Below, in pieces: positions 1 to 11,327 of a DNA stretch of 64,000 nt (positions within the stretch are counted from its first letter, which is position 1; each line of letters starts with the position of its first letter). The translations under genes and the position numbers were made by a program. The notes beneath the pieces are model-generated. The model was not told where the DNA came from. It saw only the letters and a program-made list of their open reading frames with translations, and did no database searches. This DNA comes from Nitrosopumilus sp. (GTDB lineage: Archaea > Thermoproteota > Nitrososphaeria > Nitrososphaerales > Nitrosopumilaceae): the NCBI GenBank assembly GCA_965214775.1, contig OZ243974.1, positions 448,001 through 512,000 of the forward strand. Reading direction: 5' to 3'.

Positions 1-318
1 TACTTTACGTCCAAAATAACCCATTATTTCATCTACAACGTGTGCATCTTCAATATTTTCACGAATGATATGTGCACCGGGAATTTCCTCAACATAAGAC
101 AGATCAATTCCCATAACCTTGCCTTGGTTTCCTGCAAGTTTTACGGCCATTTGTGTCCAGCCGCCAGGTGCGCAACCCAAATCCAATACGTAAAATCCAG
201 GACCAATCAGCCGGTAAGACTGGTTTAATTCTTTGAGCTTGTATGCTGCACGACTGCGATAGCCCTGTTCGTGCGCAAGTTTTCTATAGTGATCTTTTCG
301 CGCATCTAATAATTTCAT
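1..318 (-). CDS. rlmE: 23S rRNA (uridine-2'-O)-methyltransferase RlmE/FtsJ, 3' end outside window
   Basis: Manual translation [31 protein letters not shown]...[13 protein letters not shown] shows the YRSRAAYKL and DLGxAPGGW motifs; ATGA overlap with the upstream gene. Confidence 0.93.
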   Translation of the reverse strand, partial: MKLLDARKDHYRKLAHEQGYRSRAAYKLKELNQSYRLIGPGFYVLDLGCAPGGWTQMAVKLAGNQGKVMGIDLSYVEEIPGAHIIRENIEDAHVVDEIMGYFGRKV

Positions 319-1856
319 TTGGACTTCGCAGGTTTTTTCATTTCAGCAATTACCCAGTCTTCTATGAATTGGCAATTGCGAGGGCTGATCTCGCCTTCTA
401 ATGAACATTTTTGTTCAACAGGGCAAACCAAGCATGGTGCGTTTTCTATTGACTGGGTGCTAATCGGGGTTTTCTTTAAAATTAGTTTGTAAGTCCATCT
501 TCCTTTTTCAAGAAGTTTTTCACGGTTAATGGTTCCCATTCGTTCAAGTTTTAATGCAAGTCTTGAACCGTCACGGCCAGTTAATTTCAATTTTTTCCAA
601 AGTTCGGTTTGGAACATTCCATCAGATTCACGTTCAGCTAAAATGTCACAGACTTTGTTAGTCAATCTTTCCATGTCGACTTTTTTAATTTGGAAATTTT
701 CAATTTCTTCATCAGAAAGTTGTTCTTCTAGTTCTTCTTCTAACGTTTTTTCTTCTTCTTTTTTGGCTTTTTCAATCTCTTTTTTGGTTAATTTCTTTTC
801 TTTTGCCGGCTTGGCTTTTGCTTTCTTTGCCGGCTTGGCTTTTGCTTTCTTTGCCAGTTTTTTTGCCGGCTTGGCTTTTGCTTTCTTTGCCAGTTTTTTT
901 GCCGGCTTGGCTTTTGCTTTCTTTGCCAGTTTTTTTGATCGTTTCTTTGCCGGCTTCTCTGTTGGTTTCTCTGTTGCTTTTTTTGCCGGCTTGGCTTTTG
1001 CTTTCTTTGCCAGTTTTTTTGCCGGCTTGGCTTTTGCTTTCTTTGCCGGCTTCTCTGTTGCTTTCTCTGTTGCTTTCTCTGTTGCTTTCTCTGTTGGTTT
1101 CTCTGTTGCTTTTTTTGCCGGCTTGGCTTTTGCTTTCTTTGCCAGTTTTTTTGATCGTTTCTTTGCCGGCTTCTCTGTTGGTTTCTCTGTTGCTTTTTTT
1201 GCCGGCTTGGCTTTTGCTTTCTTTGCAGGCTTCTCTGTTGGTTTCTCTGTTGGTTTCTCTGTTGCTTTTTTTGCCGGCTTGGCTTTTGCTTTCTTTGCCG
1301 GCTTGGCTTTTGCTTTCTTTGCCGGCTTCTCTGTTGGTTTCTCTGTTGGTTTCTCTGTTGGTTTCTCTGTTGGTTTCTCTGTTGGTTTCTCTGTTGGTTT
1401 CTCTGTTGGTTTCTCTGTTGGTTTCTCTGTTGCTTTTTTTGCCGGCTTGGCTTTTGGTTTCTCTGTTGGTTTCTCTGTTGGTTTCTCTGTTGGTTTCTCT
1501 GTTGGTTTCTCTGTTGGTTTCTCTGTTGGTTTCTCTGTTGCTTTTTTTGCCGGCTTGGCTTTTGCTTTCTCTGTTGGTTTCTCTGTTGGTTTCTCTGTTG
1601 GTTTCTCTGTTGGTTTCTCTGTTGGTTTCTCTGTTGCTTTTTTTGCCGGCTTGGCTTTTGCTTTCTCTGTTGCTTTCTCTGTTGGTTTTTTTGCCGGCTT
1701 GGCTTTTGCTTTCTCTGTTGCTTTCTCTGTTGGTTTTTTTGCCGGTTTTTTTGAAGATAAAATCTCTGTCTTCTTTTTTAATTCATCAAGTTCAGCCTGG
1801 ATTTTTGCTGTTTTATCAATCTGAGAATCATTTTTCTTTGCCATCAAACCACCCAA
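315..1856 (-). CDS. Winged-helix transcriptional regulator with Cys-rich C-terminus and very long Lys/Pro/Ala/Thr/Glu repeat N-terminus
   Basis: C-terminal [29 protein letters not shown] (wHTH) and [10 protein letters not shown]...C; about 300 aa of [12 protein letters not shown] repeats. Confidence 0.75.
   Translation of the reverse strand: MGGLMAKKNDSQIDKTAKIQAELDELKKKTEILSSKKPAKKPTEKATEKAKAKPAKKPTEKATEKAKAKPAKKATEKPTEKPTEKPTEKPTEKPTEKAKAKPAKKATEKPTEKPTEKPTEKPTEKPTEKPTEKPKAKPAKKATEKPTEKPTEKPTEKPTEKPTEKPTEKPTEKPTEKPAKKAKAKPAKKAKAKPAKKATEKPTEKPTEKPAKKAKAKPAKKATEKPTEKPAKKRSKKLAKKAKAKPAKKATEKPTEKATEKATEKATEKPAKKAKAKPAKKLAKKAKAKPAKKATEKPTEKPAKKRSKKLAKKAKAKPAKKLAKKAKAKPAKKLAKKAKAKPAKKAKAKPAKEKKLTKKEIEKAKKEEEKTLEEELEEQLSDEEIENFQIKKVDMERLTNKVCDILAERESDGMFQTELWKKLKLTGRDGSRLALKLERMGTINREKLLEKGRWTYKLILKKTPISTQSIENAPCLVCPVEQKCSLEGEISPRNCQFIEDWVIAEMKKPAKSK
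800..1750. repeat. Coding low-complexity tandem repeats (12-bp TTCTCTGTTGGT and 21-bp TTTGCCGGCTTGGCTTTTGCT units)
   Basis: Directly visible interspersed tandem units. Confidence 0.95.
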
Positions 1857-1897
1857 TTTTTAAACCTAATTTAGTATGCTTCACCAAGAATCCATTC

Positions 1898-2392
1898 CTA
1901 TTTAACAGTAAATGTCTCCGAGATAGAAACGGTCTTGAGTTGTATTGAAACCATTTCAGCCTCAACCTTGTAGTAACCGAGATAATCAGTTATTTTAGAA
2001 AGTTCAGCATCAGTTGGAAGGATGTCCCTTTCTCCCCCATCAAGGCATTGTTTAAGAAATCCTCCTTGGTTAACTACATGACTTTCTCCAACAGGATACA
2101 GGACCGCATACGAATCTCCACAGCCAAAAGACGAGTCAGTTACTTTGATTTCCACTTCATCTGGTGCAGAAACAGAGTAGTGTTTTGAAAGTCCGAGGAT
2201 TTGAAGAGGAGAGCCTGCAGTGACAGGTTTGTTCTCATGAGATGCGGCTTTGCCCTCACGAGAAATTGGCCACATGTCCAATTCTCGATCTGGTTTTTGA
2301 AGAATGTCAGCCATAACTGCTGAACCAAAAATTATCGAAAACATTGCAGGTAAAACAAATACTATGAAAACCACCTTTGATGCCATTTTCAT
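1898..2392 (-). CDS. Hypothetical membrane-anchored protein
   Basis: 164-aa ORF with N-terminal hydrophobic helix. Confidence 0.6.
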   Translation of the reverse strand: MKMASKVVFIVFVLPAMFSIIFGSAVMADILQKPDRELDMWPISREGKAASHENKPVTAGSPLQILGLSKHYSVSAPDEVEIKVTDSSFGCGDSYAVLYPVGESHVVNQGGFLKQCLDGGERDILPTDAELSKITDYLGYYKVEAEMVSIQLKTVSISETFTVK

Positions 2393-2489
2393 TTAAAATC
2401 CGTAATTCCCTTATATCTATTTAGCAAAAAGCAATTTTTTAGATCAATATGACGAATGAGTTAAATCGTAGCCGGCTAAATATCGCTAG

Positions 2490-4583
2490 ATGCGACTTAG
2501 AAAATTCAGAGTTAGAGCATATCGTTGCATTCACGATTCTGGAGAAATTAATGTTGGGGATTTAGCTGCCTTTGTAGGAAGGAACGAAAGTGGAAAAACC
2601 ACCATTCTTCAAGCACTAACTTTGCTAAACCGAGATGAACAAGTCTCCGAACTAGATCTTTGCGATGAAATGAATGAAGAATTGAAGGGAGAAATCCGTC
2701 TTGCTGAAGGGGAGTTTGAACTAAATCAGCATGAAATGGAATTACTAAAGGAGAAATTTCCAGGTTTGCCGGAAATGAAAAAAATCAGACTTTATAGAAC
2801 AAACCAAAAACCTAAAGTCCAGTATGAGTTTGACGACATCGAATTAGGGGAGAATGAAGACAAGGGATTAAATTCCTGGGAAAACTTTTCAAAACAAATT
2901 TTAGGATTTCTCGATATCCTTCCCAATCATTTAAGAATTCAAGTTGACACAAAATTTTTTGATGGACCTGCTCCCAAAAACCAGGAATTATTTGACAGCG
3001 GCATGGCAGAATTCAGCAATCAGTTTCACGTAATAGCAATTCAAGAGCCAAAAGTTGTAGAGGAATGGGAAAAAATCTATGAAAACCCCGAAAATCAGTT
3101 TTCAAACCTGCTGACAGGCGAGAGTGAAAAATCAGCATTACAGAATTTCATTTCATCAGAGCTGCATCCAAGATTCGTATACTTTTCTGATTACAAAAAA
3201 ATCTATGGAAATATCAATCTAAATGAGTATCTTAGAGAAGAAAAAGGCGAACGCCAGGACTCCATTGAATTCATTGAGGAGTTTGACAAGGCAGAAACCG
3301 TTCGAAATCTCTTCTATTTAGCAGAATTAGACATGAATGAACTAGACGAAGTTAAGGAAAGCCCATCAAAATGCATCAAACTGCTCAATGCAGCTAGTAA
3401 TAGATTGACCAGCAAGCTGAACCCCGCCTGGAAGGGCGATCCAATCCATGTTGATTTAAGATACAATCCCGGCAACATCATGAGTGTAGTAATTTCAGAT
3501 GTTCACAAAGACGGAACCATAACAAATACAGGATTGCTAAATAGAAGGGCCGAGGGTTTCAAATGGACGTTTTCTTTTATTGTTAATTTTGCAGCAGAGA
3601 CCCAAAGGGCTGAGCTTAAAGAGGCGGTGTTGCTTCTAGACGAACCTGCAAGGAACTTGCATCCTACACAGCAAATGGGAATTTCAGATTTGCTAAGTGA
3701 TCTTGCAGGATCCAACCAAGTCTTATATGCAACACACTCTCCATTTATGATATTTGATTATACTCCAGGAAACCTGTTGGTAGTAGAGTTAGACAAAAGA
3801 AAACATCTCAGCAGAATATTCTATGATTATTGGAATGCAGATGATAAGACACTAACTCCAATTTTGTATGGGCTCTGTAGGGGGCAGGTTGACTCCATTG
3901 TAGACAGGGAGATTGGAACCAACTCTAGGCCAATCATAATTGTTGAAACAATGTCAGATTCGATGTACCTTAATGCATTTGACAAATTCCTACAGGATCC
4001 AAACATCTCCATGAACCCGTTAAACGTAGTTGCGGCATATAACAAAAACTCAGTCTTGCCCCTGGCAATTTTTTATAGGAATCACGGATACAAAACATTT
4101 GTCCTGCTAGATAATTCCGAGGAGTCAAAGCAGATCTCCGCCCAGCTAGCATCAAACGAATTCTCCCCCGTACAGACGATTTTCTTCGAAAGAGAGGGGA
4201 AAAAGTTAGAATCAATTGAGGATTACATAGTTCTAGAGGACTATCTGCACGCAGTTAACCAGACTTATGAAATCAAGTTAAGACACGAGGGATTTTCAAA
4301 TTTGACGCCTCAGCATGTCTCTAGCAAAGAAAGCAACGGCACGGTCAACAAACTCAGAAAGATTTGGAGTGAGCATAGGGAAGACGATTGGGGAGAATTT
4401 GGCAACGAGGAGATTACCAGATATATTTGTGAAAAAATCACATTAGAGGAGGCAGATTTCTTATCAGACAAGACCAAGGATCAATTTAGATCATTGTACA
4501 GATTGATTGCAGAAAGAATCAGGCAGTATCAAAATATGGCTGCAAAGCCAGATCTTGATAAATTTCAGAAAGCCAAGGCCTGA
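2490..4583 (+). CDS. OLD-family-like ABC ATPase with C-terminal TOPRIM-like region
   Basis: Walker A GRNESGKT, Walker B LLLDEP, THSP motif; IIIVETMSD and VLLD TOPRIM-like motifs. Confidence 0.8.
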   Translation: MRLRKFRVRAYRCIHDSGEINVGDLAAFVGRNESGKTTILQALTLLNRDEQVSELDLCDEMNEELKGEIRLAEGEFELNQHEMELLKEKFPGLPEMKKIRLYRTNQKPKVQYEFDDIELGENEDKGLNSWENFSKQILGFLDILPNHLRIQVDTKFFDGPAPKNQELFDSGMAEFSNQFHVIAIQEPKVVEEWEKIYENPENQFSNLLTGESEKSALQNFISSELHPRFVYFSDYKKIYGNINLNEYLREEKGERQDSIEFIEEFDKAETVRNLFYLAELDMNELDEVKESPSKCIKLLNAASNRLTSKLNPAWKGDPIHVDLRYNPGNIMSVVISDVHKDGTITNTGLLNRRAEGFKWTFSFIVNFAAETQRAELKEAVLLLDEPARNLHPTQQMGISDLLSDLAGSNQVLYATHSPFMIFDYTPGNLLVVELDKRKHLSRIFYDYWNADDKTLTPILYGLCRGQVDSIVDREIGTNSRPIIIVETMSDSMYLNAFDKFLQDPNISMNPLNVVAAYNKNSVLPLAIFYRNHGYKTFVLLDNSEESKQISAQLASNEFSPVQTIFFEREGKKLESIEDYIVLEDYLHAVNQTYEIKLRHEGFSNLTPQHVSSKESNGTVNKLRKIWSEHREDDWGEFGNEEITRYICEKITLEEADFLSDKTKDQFRSLYRLIAERIRQYQNMAAKPDLDKFQKAKA

Positions 4584-4663
4584 GATTAATGAAGTTTGCT
4601 CATAAAGAGTACGGAATTAAGAAATGACAAAATGGAAGAAATTCTTTAAGGTTTAAGTGAGAG

Positions 4664-6871
4664 ATGGACAAATTGACGAACATGACAGAGTCCTCGATGA
4701 GAGGAATTTTCCTTTCAATTGTGTTAGTTTCATCAGTTGCGATGCTAGTCACGTTTCCAGAAAACGTATTTGCCGAGGAAGTGGAGGTTTCCAGCATTGC
4801 ACTAGGCCAAACAACAATCATCGAATTGACTAACAACTCAAATGAGGACGTCAACACATTTAGAATTTGGCTGGGAGCAGACGATGCTTTCAAATCATTC
4901 AAAACAGAAGATGGGTGGGCAGGTGAAAAAACTCCTCTAGGAGTCATTGTTTTTACGTCAGATGACGCAATCAGGCCCGGAGACTCTGTAAAGTTTGGAG
5001 TAAAAACAGACAAAGTAGAACCGGCAATAAACTGGAAGGCATTAGACGACAAAGACAACCAAATGAAGATAGGCCTGGCACTTCCAAAAGAATTGCCGGT
5101 TGTTGCCAAAAATCAAGGAGACTCAACGCAGCAAAATCCAGGAGACGATACTCAGAATCCCGAAAACCAAGAAGCAACAGAAACAGAAACAGCTGCAGCA
5201 GTGACGGCAGAATCGACATTCAGAATCATCCCTGAAAAACCAAATGTGGGATCCTCAATCAGGGTGACTGGCGACAAGTTCGGGGCATCGCAGAATTTTG
5301 ATTTCTACATAGACACAAGGAAGATCGGAAGCTTTGTGACTGATGAAAATGGCCATTTCATGACAACTATGCAGATTCCAGATGATCAGACAGCTGACCG
5401 GGTAGACTTTACGGTCAAAAGCCAAGAAGGGGATGAAAGGAAGATCAGTTTAAGAATAGGAGAGCCCAATCACAGAATTGTAGAATCAGACAATATCAAA
5501 CTAACAATCCAAGGAATTCCCAATGTGGTTCACAGAGGAGACTTTATGGAAATATTTGGAACAGGACAGCCCGGAGGGGCAATTACTGGCGAAATTACAA
5601 ATTCCGACGGGGAGATAATCAACTCCCGTACTGCAGAAATTGACAGCAAAGGGGACTGGAAGCTAGAACCGATCATCGTTCCGTTAATCACGCCATTGGG
5701 CAAATACAGCATCACCATTACAGACGGCAGAGAAGACACGGTAATGCAGTGGAGTGTTGAATCAGACAAGGTAATTTTGATTGAGCCAAGCAAATTAAAG
5801 TATGACGCCGGAGAGGTCATGACTTTTCGCGGAACGGCATTAAAAAACACGCCAATTGAGTTTATTGTAGAAGATCCACTGGGAAAAGAGATCTACTCGG
5901 ACATAATCGAGATTGACGATTCGGGGTTTGTAGAGTTTGATTTCCCAACAACGCAGACAACATTAGAGGGAACCTACACAGTTATTGCATCACAAGGCAG
6001 CGATAAAGAATTCATTTTTGCAGGACTGGGACAATTGCCAAACATTCCAGTCAACCTAGAATTTGACCAGGTAAATTACAAGGCAGGAGACGTTGCAGAG
6101 ATTTCGCTTACAGGAAAAGCATCAGAAATCATCTCTCTGCTGATAATCGATCATTCAGACAATCCGGTGGGCAATGCTACATCAATCACCCTTCAGCCTG
6201 ACGGCAGGGGCACATACTTTCTTGATTTGGAGGGATACGCATCCGGGGCCTATACTGCAGTAATCAGCAAAGGAAGCGCACAAAGCGAGGAGAGATTTGC
6301 TGTTGGACTTCCGGTAGGGTCAGGAGAAATCGAAGTAAATACGACAAAATCAGAATATCTTCCAGGGGATTCCATTCTTATTTTAGGAAATGTGAATCCA
6401 AACGTCCTGCTCATGGTAACTTTGACAGATCCAGACGGACATGATGTAAAAATTAAAGAGATATTTTCAGACAAGTACGGAAAAATCTCAGAGAGTTCAT
6501 TCAGAGTTCCGTCCGAAGCCACTCCGGGAACGTGGAACATCAATGTAAAAAGCGGTGCCAACTTTGCCAACATCGAAATTGGAGTTTTAGACATATCAGC
6601 TGAAGGCATGGTAATCAACACTTCAGAAGGCCCAGACGTGCCCGGATTTGGAGAGACCATCAACATCGAAATAGCAGGCGCGTCTCAAACAGTCCAAATT
6701 CAGATTATTGCCGAAGACGGAGAGGTAATCGAGGAATTAGAATTCCCAGCTTCGGCTCAAGGAGAAATACATCAGCCATGGATAATCCCCAAGGATATCG
6801 AACCCGGAACATATACCGTAAAGGCCCAAGATGCGTTCAATTCTGCCCAAACCACATTTGTTGTAGAATAG
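4664..6871 (+). CDS. Secreted/surface protein with multiple Ig-like domains
   Basis: Signal peptide; acidic beta-rich repeats (PxG...G.Y.V). Confidence 0.7.
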   Translation: MDKLTNMTESSMRGIFLSIVLVSSVAMLVTFPENVFAEEVEVSSIALGQTTIIELTNNSNEDVNTFRIWLGADDAFKSFKTEDGWAGEKTPLGVIVFTSDDAIRPGDSVKFGVKTDKVEPAINWKALDDKDNQMKIGLALPKELPVVAKNQGDSTQQNPGDDTQNPENQEATETETAAAVTAESTFRIIPEKPNVGSSIRVTGDKFGASQNFDFYIDTRKIGSFVTDENGHFMTTMQIPDDQTADRVDFTVKSQEGDERKISLRIGEPNHRIVESDNIKLTIQGIPNVVHRGDFMEIFGTGQPGGAITGEITNSDGEIINSRTAEIDSKGDWKLEPIIVPLITPLGKYSITITDGREDTVMQWSVESDKVILIEPSKLKYDAGEVMTFRGTALKNTPIEFIVEDPLGKEIYSDIIEIDDSGFVEFDFPTTQTTLEGTYTVIASQGSDKEFIFAGLGQLPNIPVNLEFDQVNYKAGDVAEISLTGKASEIISLLIIDHSDNPVGNATSITLQPDGRGTYFLDLEGYASGAYTAVISKGSAQSEERFAVGLPVGSGEIEVNTTKSEYLPGDSILILGNVNPNVLLMVTLTDPDGHDVKIKEIFSDKYGKISESSFRVPSEATPGTWNINVKSGANFANIEIGVLDISAEGMVINTSEGPDVPGFGETINIEIAGASQTVQIQIIAEDGEVIEELEFPASAQGEIHQPWIIPKDIEPGTYTVKAQDAFNSAQTTFVVE

Positions 6872-6929
6872 ATGTTGCAAAACGGATGATTTCAAACAGT
6901 TTTATTTTAGAATAAATGCTACAACAGTC

Positions 6930-7442
6930 ATGAATCTGAAAGACAAGATTGTAGAGTATGCAGACTTTCCAAAAAAAGGAGTCACATTCAGAGACTTCAG
7001 TCCGATTTTAAAAGATCCTTCAGCAATGTCGTATATTGCCGACGAGTTTGCCAAATACTTCCATCCAAAAGACATAGACGCCTTTGCCGGAATAGAATCC
7101 AGGGGATTCACCCTTGCCTGTGTCTTGGCTGCACGATACAACAAAGGAATGATAATGGTTAGAAAGGCAGGAAAGCTTCCCGGCAACACTACAAAACTCT
7201 CATACACTGTCGAATATGGAAAAGATACCATTGAAATTCAAAACGACATCATAAAAAAAGGCCAAAAAATCCTAATCTGCGATGATCTGCTTGCCACGGG
7301 AGGAACTGCAAAGGCATCTGCCAAATTGATTGAGAAGGTCGGCGGTGAAATTACCGGATTTGCGTTCATCATTGAGTTGACCGAGCTGAACGGAATCAAG
7401 GGAATAAGCAAATACGACTGCAAGTCATTGGTGAAATACTAG
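6930..7442 (+). CDS. apt: Adenine phosphoribosyltransferase
   Basis: [29 protein letters not shown] motif [11 protein letters not shown]. Confidence 0.96.
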   Translation: MNLKDKIVEYADFPKKGVTFRDFSPILKDPSAMSYIADEFAKYFHPKDIDAFAGIESRGFTLACVLAARYNKGMIMVRKAGKLPGNTTKLSYTVEYGKDTIEIQNDIIKKGQKILICDDLLATGGTAKASAKLIEKVGGEITGFAFIIELTELNGIKGISKYDCKSLVKY

Positions 7443-8236
7443 TGGAAAAAGACATAGAAATTGGAATTTTTGGCGGAACGGGAATTTATGATTCGGGGCT
7501 GCTAGAGGATGCCAAAGAAATCGACATTGACACGCCGTATGGAAAGCCGTCTGACACAATTACAGTCGGAGTTTTCAAGGGAAGGAAGATTGCCTTTCTT
7601 CCAAGACATGGAAAAAAGCATTCAATTCCGCCACACATGATAAATTTCAAGGCAAACATTTGGGCATTCAAAGAGCTGGGGGTTACCAGAATTATCGCAC
7701 CGTCTGCGGTGGGAAGTCTTAAAGAAGAGTTAGAACCGGGACATTTTGTTTTGCCAACGCAGTTTTTAGACTTTACAAAATCAAGAGACGGCTCATTCTC
7801 CGAAGATGGGAGGGTGATCCACATTTCAGTGGCAGAGCCGTTTTGTCCCGAGCTCCAATCATCAATTCTAAGGGCTGCAGAGAATCAGCAGGATCTAACA
7901 GTACACAGGGATCGCACATATGTCTGCATTGAGGGGCCTAGATTTTCCACAAAAGCCGAATCAAGATTCTACAGAACGGCAAAGGCAGACATTATCGGAA
8001 TGACGCTGGTTCCAGAATGCCAATTGGCAAAAGAAGCTCAAATTTGTTATGCGTCAATTTCAACTGTTACGGATTATGACGTTTGGGCTGAAAAACCGGT
8101 TACAGCCAGAGAGGTCCTAGAGACACTGTCTAAAAACGTTGAAAAAACAAAAAGGCTGCTCGGAGAATTAATAGACAAGATTCCCGAGACTAGAAGCTGC
8201 TCCTGTGCAGAGGCGCTCAAGGAAGCAGAATTCTAG
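7442..8236 (+). CDS. mtnP: S-methyl-5'-thioadenosine phosphorylase
   Basis: GIFGGTG, TPYG, PRHG, EGPRFST.AES, GMT..PE, VTDYD motifs. Confidence 0.95.
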   Translation: MEKDIEIGIFGGTGIYDSGLLEDAKEIDIDTPYGKPSDTITVGVFKGRKIAFLPRHGKKHSIPPHMINFKANIWAFKELGVTRIIAPSAVGSLKEELEPGHFVLPTQFLDFTKSRDGSFSEDGRVIHISVAEPFCPELQSSILRAAENQQDLTVHRDRTYVCIEGPRFSTKAESRFYRTAKADIIGMTLVPECQLAKEAQICYASISTVTDYDVWAEKPVTAREVLETLSKNVEKTKRLLGELIDKIPETRSCSCAEALKEAEF

Positions 8237-8517
8237 TCATCTGCAAAGGATTCCTTTTTCAGACCTTCAGGAATGGTAATGTCGCCCTTGAGAAGATTTT
8301 CCTGCAACAGCATGATCACTTTTTCAACATCGTATCCCAATTTTTTTAGTTCTGATTCCGTATCTTTTGAGAGTTTTGCACCAATGTTCTGTCCGCCGAT
8401 TCGGCCAAAGGCTATTGCCGTGAATCTGAACTCGTGTTCGTCTATGTTGAATTTTCCGGCAATCTTGGCAGCCATCTGGCTGCCATGCACGTTATTTATG
8501 TGAACCTTGAGATTCAT
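8233..8517 (-). CDS. Hypothetical protein
   Basis: 94-aa ORF with normal composition. Confidence 0.7.
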   Translation of the reverse strand: MNLKVHINNVHGSQMAAKIAGKFNIDEHEFRFTAIAFGRIGGQNIGAKLSKDTESELKKLGYDVEKVIMLLQENLLKGDITIPEGLKKESFADD

Positions 8518-8524
8518 TCCCAGT

Positions 8525-8905
8525 CTAGATCTCTACGGCTTTGTTTATGTTGTTTTCCACTAGGAAACTCCAGTGATCGTTATCACTTATTGCATAATTT
8601 TCCACTCGGAGATCCAGTATTTTTTCACCAACAGTTTCAAACTTTATTGTCCCATTTTCAGGCAGCCTGACCAGCTTCCATCTGTCCCTTCCTTTTTGCA
8701 ACCTGCTGACTGCAACGGCCCACTTTTGATCTGGCTTAATTTCAGGCATTCCCACAGTATCAGATAGTTCCTCTATTCCTAGTTGTTTTTCTTCACAGTA
8801 GAGCTGTTTGGTCCTAGCTGAGCGCCAAACATCAACAGAACCGATAGTTCTCTCATCAATGTTTATGTTTATTACTCCAAAATAAGTAATGTCGTTATCC
8901 AACAA
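8525..8905 (-). CDS. Hypothetical protein
   Basis: 126-aa ORF, operon-like spacing. Confidence 0.7.
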   Translation of the reverse strand: MLDNDITYFGVININIDERTIGSVDVWRSARTKQLYCEEKQLGIEELSDTVGMPEIKPDQKWAVAVSRLQKGRDRWKLVRLPENGTIKFETVGEKILDLRVENYAISDNDHWSFLVENNINKAVEI

Positions 8906-8923
8906 AGTAAGGATGCGGCAGTT

Positions 8924-9277
8924 CTATTTAGTCCTTGCATCATCAAACGGTTTTTCCAGGAGCGCCCCAATTCCATCAACTGTTTTGTTTCGCTTAAAGT
9001 CAATGTTCTCCCGCTGGCACATTCTTTTGTACATGTTTACCGCTGTGAATCTAGGGTGCATTGCTTCAAACTCCGTCTCTGTTATGTCAATAAAGGCCCC
9101 AATCCTCATCAGATCATTTGCAGCTTGATCCGCATCCTCAACAGGGATTGCCAGTTTTTCTGAGATTGCCTCTGCGCTCATCCTTCCATTGCAAGTCACC
9201 AGCACGTATACACGGGCCTGAGAAGGAGTCAGTTTGATTTCAGAAACCAAGGCATCCTCGATTTGGGACATCTCCAT
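8924..9277 (-). CDS. TrmB-like helix-turn-helix protein
   Basis: LTPSQARVYVLV..GRMSAEAISEKL pattern; start refined to MEMSQ. Confidence 0.7.
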   Translation of the reverse strand: MEMSQIEDALVSEIKLTPSQARVYVLVTCNGRMSAEAISEKLAIPVEDADQAANDLMRIGAFIDITETEFEAMHPRFTAVNMYKRMCQRENIDFKRNKTVDGIGALLEKPFDDARTK

Positions 9278-9443
9278 ACTTGCATATAGACAGGGTTGGA
9301 ATAATAAAATGTAACAGCTGTGACTCTGAGGATCAGGCACGGTTCTGACTCCAACGGACATCCAGGATGCAAATCGCCTTGCAGAACCGCCGCAAATCGC
9401 TTTGCAGAGACGATCCGCTACGACAAAATGACGATGCGCCGAT

Positions 9444-9668
9444 CTATTTTTTTACCAACAACTTTTTTGATATTTTAAGAGAAAACCCCATGGCGACAAA
9501 ATGAATTATTCCTCCTATGACTGCAGATGTAAGCATGTCATCAGTAATCATCCAAGAGATCACAAACCCTGCCAATGACGGAACGGTAAGAATCGCGGCA
9601 ATTATCGTGCCCTTAAGAAATATTTCGCGTCCGGACAGGAGGATGTCGGATTTTTTATCGTCTGCCAA
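9444..9668 (-). CDS. Small two-helix membrane protein
   Basis: 74 aa, two hydrophobic segments. Confidence 0.65.
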   Translation of the reverse strand: MADDKKSDILLSGREIFLKGTIIAAILTVPSLAGFVISWMITDDMLTSAVIGGIIHFVAMGFSLKISKKLLVKK

Positions 9669-9740
9669 TTCCCAGTTTTGGTGACAATCGTAATAAAAAC
9701 CAAAGATACTTTATATTTGGCAGACTCGAATTTTTACTGT

Positions 9741-10199
9741 TTGGCAAGCTACAAGGGAACGTATTCCAACGAGCAATCATTGAATTTTGCAATTCCGATA
9801 ATCATAATTCTGTTTTTGGGAATTGTTTACGTAATGACCCAGAGGGCAGATTCAGGATTTGCCAGTTTTATTCTGATTGGGGCAGCCGCAGTTACCATGT
9901 TTTACTGGGTAAGGGTTCTAAAGAAGATGACACGAGAACAGGCACCTGCGTATTCACAGGTAAGAGAGCAGGAGACAAAGAACTGGGTCTATGATCTCAT
10001 CAAGGGCGAGGGGGAGTTTGTGTTTGTTGCAGAGGTTCCCGGCCCCGAGGATAAAATTGCAGTAAGGCTGATTGACGGGATTCTTTACATCAGGGGGACT
10101 GCCGGTTTTTCAAAAGAGGTCCCCATTGAAGTGGCAAACGACATGCAAATAGTCGATTTCAAATACAGAAATGGCGTCCTGACACTCATAATAAGATAA
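9741..10199 (+). CDS. Membrane-anchored Hsp20/alpha-crystallin family protein
   Basis: Two TM helices followed by VAEVPG...YRNGVLTL. Confidence 0.8.
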   Translation: MASYKGTYSNEQSLNFAIPIIIILFLGIVYVMTQRADSGFASFILIGAAAVTMFYWVRVLKKMTREQAPAYSQVREQETKNWVYDLIKGEGEFVFVAEVPGPEDKIAVRLIDGILYIRGTAGFSKEVPIEVANDMQIVDFKYRNGVLTLIIR

Positions 10200-11327
10200 T
10201 TACAGGCTTTTTGCCAGCTCTAACTTTTGTGGAAGGTATTTGTCAGTGATGTTTGTAAGACCGTATTTTGCAAATGCCTCCAATTCTGCCTTTCTTTTTA
10301 GTCTAAGGAAGACCTCCAGCTCTTTTTTCCATATTCCGGATTCGTATCTAGGATCTTTTTGCAAGTCATAGCATCTCTTGACATCAGACTCGGTCATGGG
10401 AATTGTTGGCAGTTTGTATTTTTCAATATCCGTGGCCCACACTCCCACCCATTTTGCGTCAGGTACGGTCAACTCCCTGAGATGTGCTGCATTAGCAGAG
10501 CCTGACTTGATTACCATTGCAATGTGTTCTCCATAGACGTCCCCGTCAGTCAGGATTATTACCGGCAGTCCCATCTCGTCATGCAGTCTTTTAAGCAGGG
10601 TCCTTGTAGAACGAGGGGCCTGTCCGCCGGTATTGATGATGATGGATTTGAATTTTTTATCAACCTGCTCTTCGACGAACCGTGTAAAGAGACCGCCTTT
10701 TTCAATTGCAATGACAATTTCGGCACTAGTATCGGTCAGCTCTGCAGTGGTCAAGCTCGGACCAATGGAATAGCCATCAGGGTGATTTGACAAGTTCATC
10801 GTTTTTCCCTCGTATCCGGGAATGGTGTATTCAATATCCAAATCTCCAAAGATAGAACTTCTTTCTTCAGGGAAGATGTGAAAATCCTCCCGGGGTCTGG
10901 AAGTAACAGCCTCCAGATCCACGATAATGTTGTCAGATTCGGACTGGTCGTCAAATTCAATTGCAAATGCCTGCGAGGAATAGTAAACGTCTCTCAGCGT
11001 GGATGATTTCTTCTCCAGGGTAAGCCGATTGGCAAAGAATGCCAGCCACATTAATTGGGTAAACGAGCGGAGTTGGGAGGAGTTTTTTGCGCTTCTTAGT
11101 GCAGAGGAACTGCCCAGGATGTATTGCCTGAGTTTTTTGTCATAAACTATGTTTCCGACAGAGCGGCTTGGAATTGAAAATTTTGGGAATTTGCCGTTAT
11201 CCAGGTCTTCGTAGATCTTGGCACCGTGATTTTTCAGAGCTGCAAGGACGTTCTTTTGCTTTTCTTTAGCTGTTTGGCCTGGTGCCCTTGGCTTTGGCTT
11301 TTTAGTTGCCTTCAATTGGTTTTTCAT
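10200..11327 (-). CDS. top6A: DNA topoisomerase VI subunit A
   Basis: TLRDVYY catalytic Tyr, IEK, GGQ, TDGDVYG, KAELEA. Confidence 0.96.
   Translation of the reverse strand: MKNQLKATKKPKPRAPGQTAKEKQKNVLAALKNHGAKIYEDLDNGKFPKFSIPSRSVGNIVYDKKLRQYILGSSSALRSAKNSSQLRSFTQLMWLAFFANRLTLEKKSSTLRDVYYSSQAFAIEFDDQSESDNIIVDLEAVTSRPREDFHIFPEERSSIFGDLDIEYTIPGYEGKTMNLSNHPDGYSIGPSLTTAELTDTSAEIVIAIEKGGLFTRFVEEQVDKKFKSIIINTGGQAPRSTRTLLKRLHDEMGLPVIILTDGDVYGEHIAMVIKSGSANAAHLRELTVPDAKWVGVWATDIEKYKLPTIPMTESDVKRCYDLQKDPRYESGIWKKELEVFLRLKRKAELEAFAKYGLTNITDKYLPQKLELAKSL

Noticed and set aside
529-1948. Long + strand hydrophobic ORFs (431 and 381 aa)
   Set aside because: Antisense shadows of the stop-free repeat gene on the minus strand
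9369-9409. Short imperfect direct repeat GCAAATCGCyTTGCAGA (two copies)
   Set aside because: Too short and isolated to interpret
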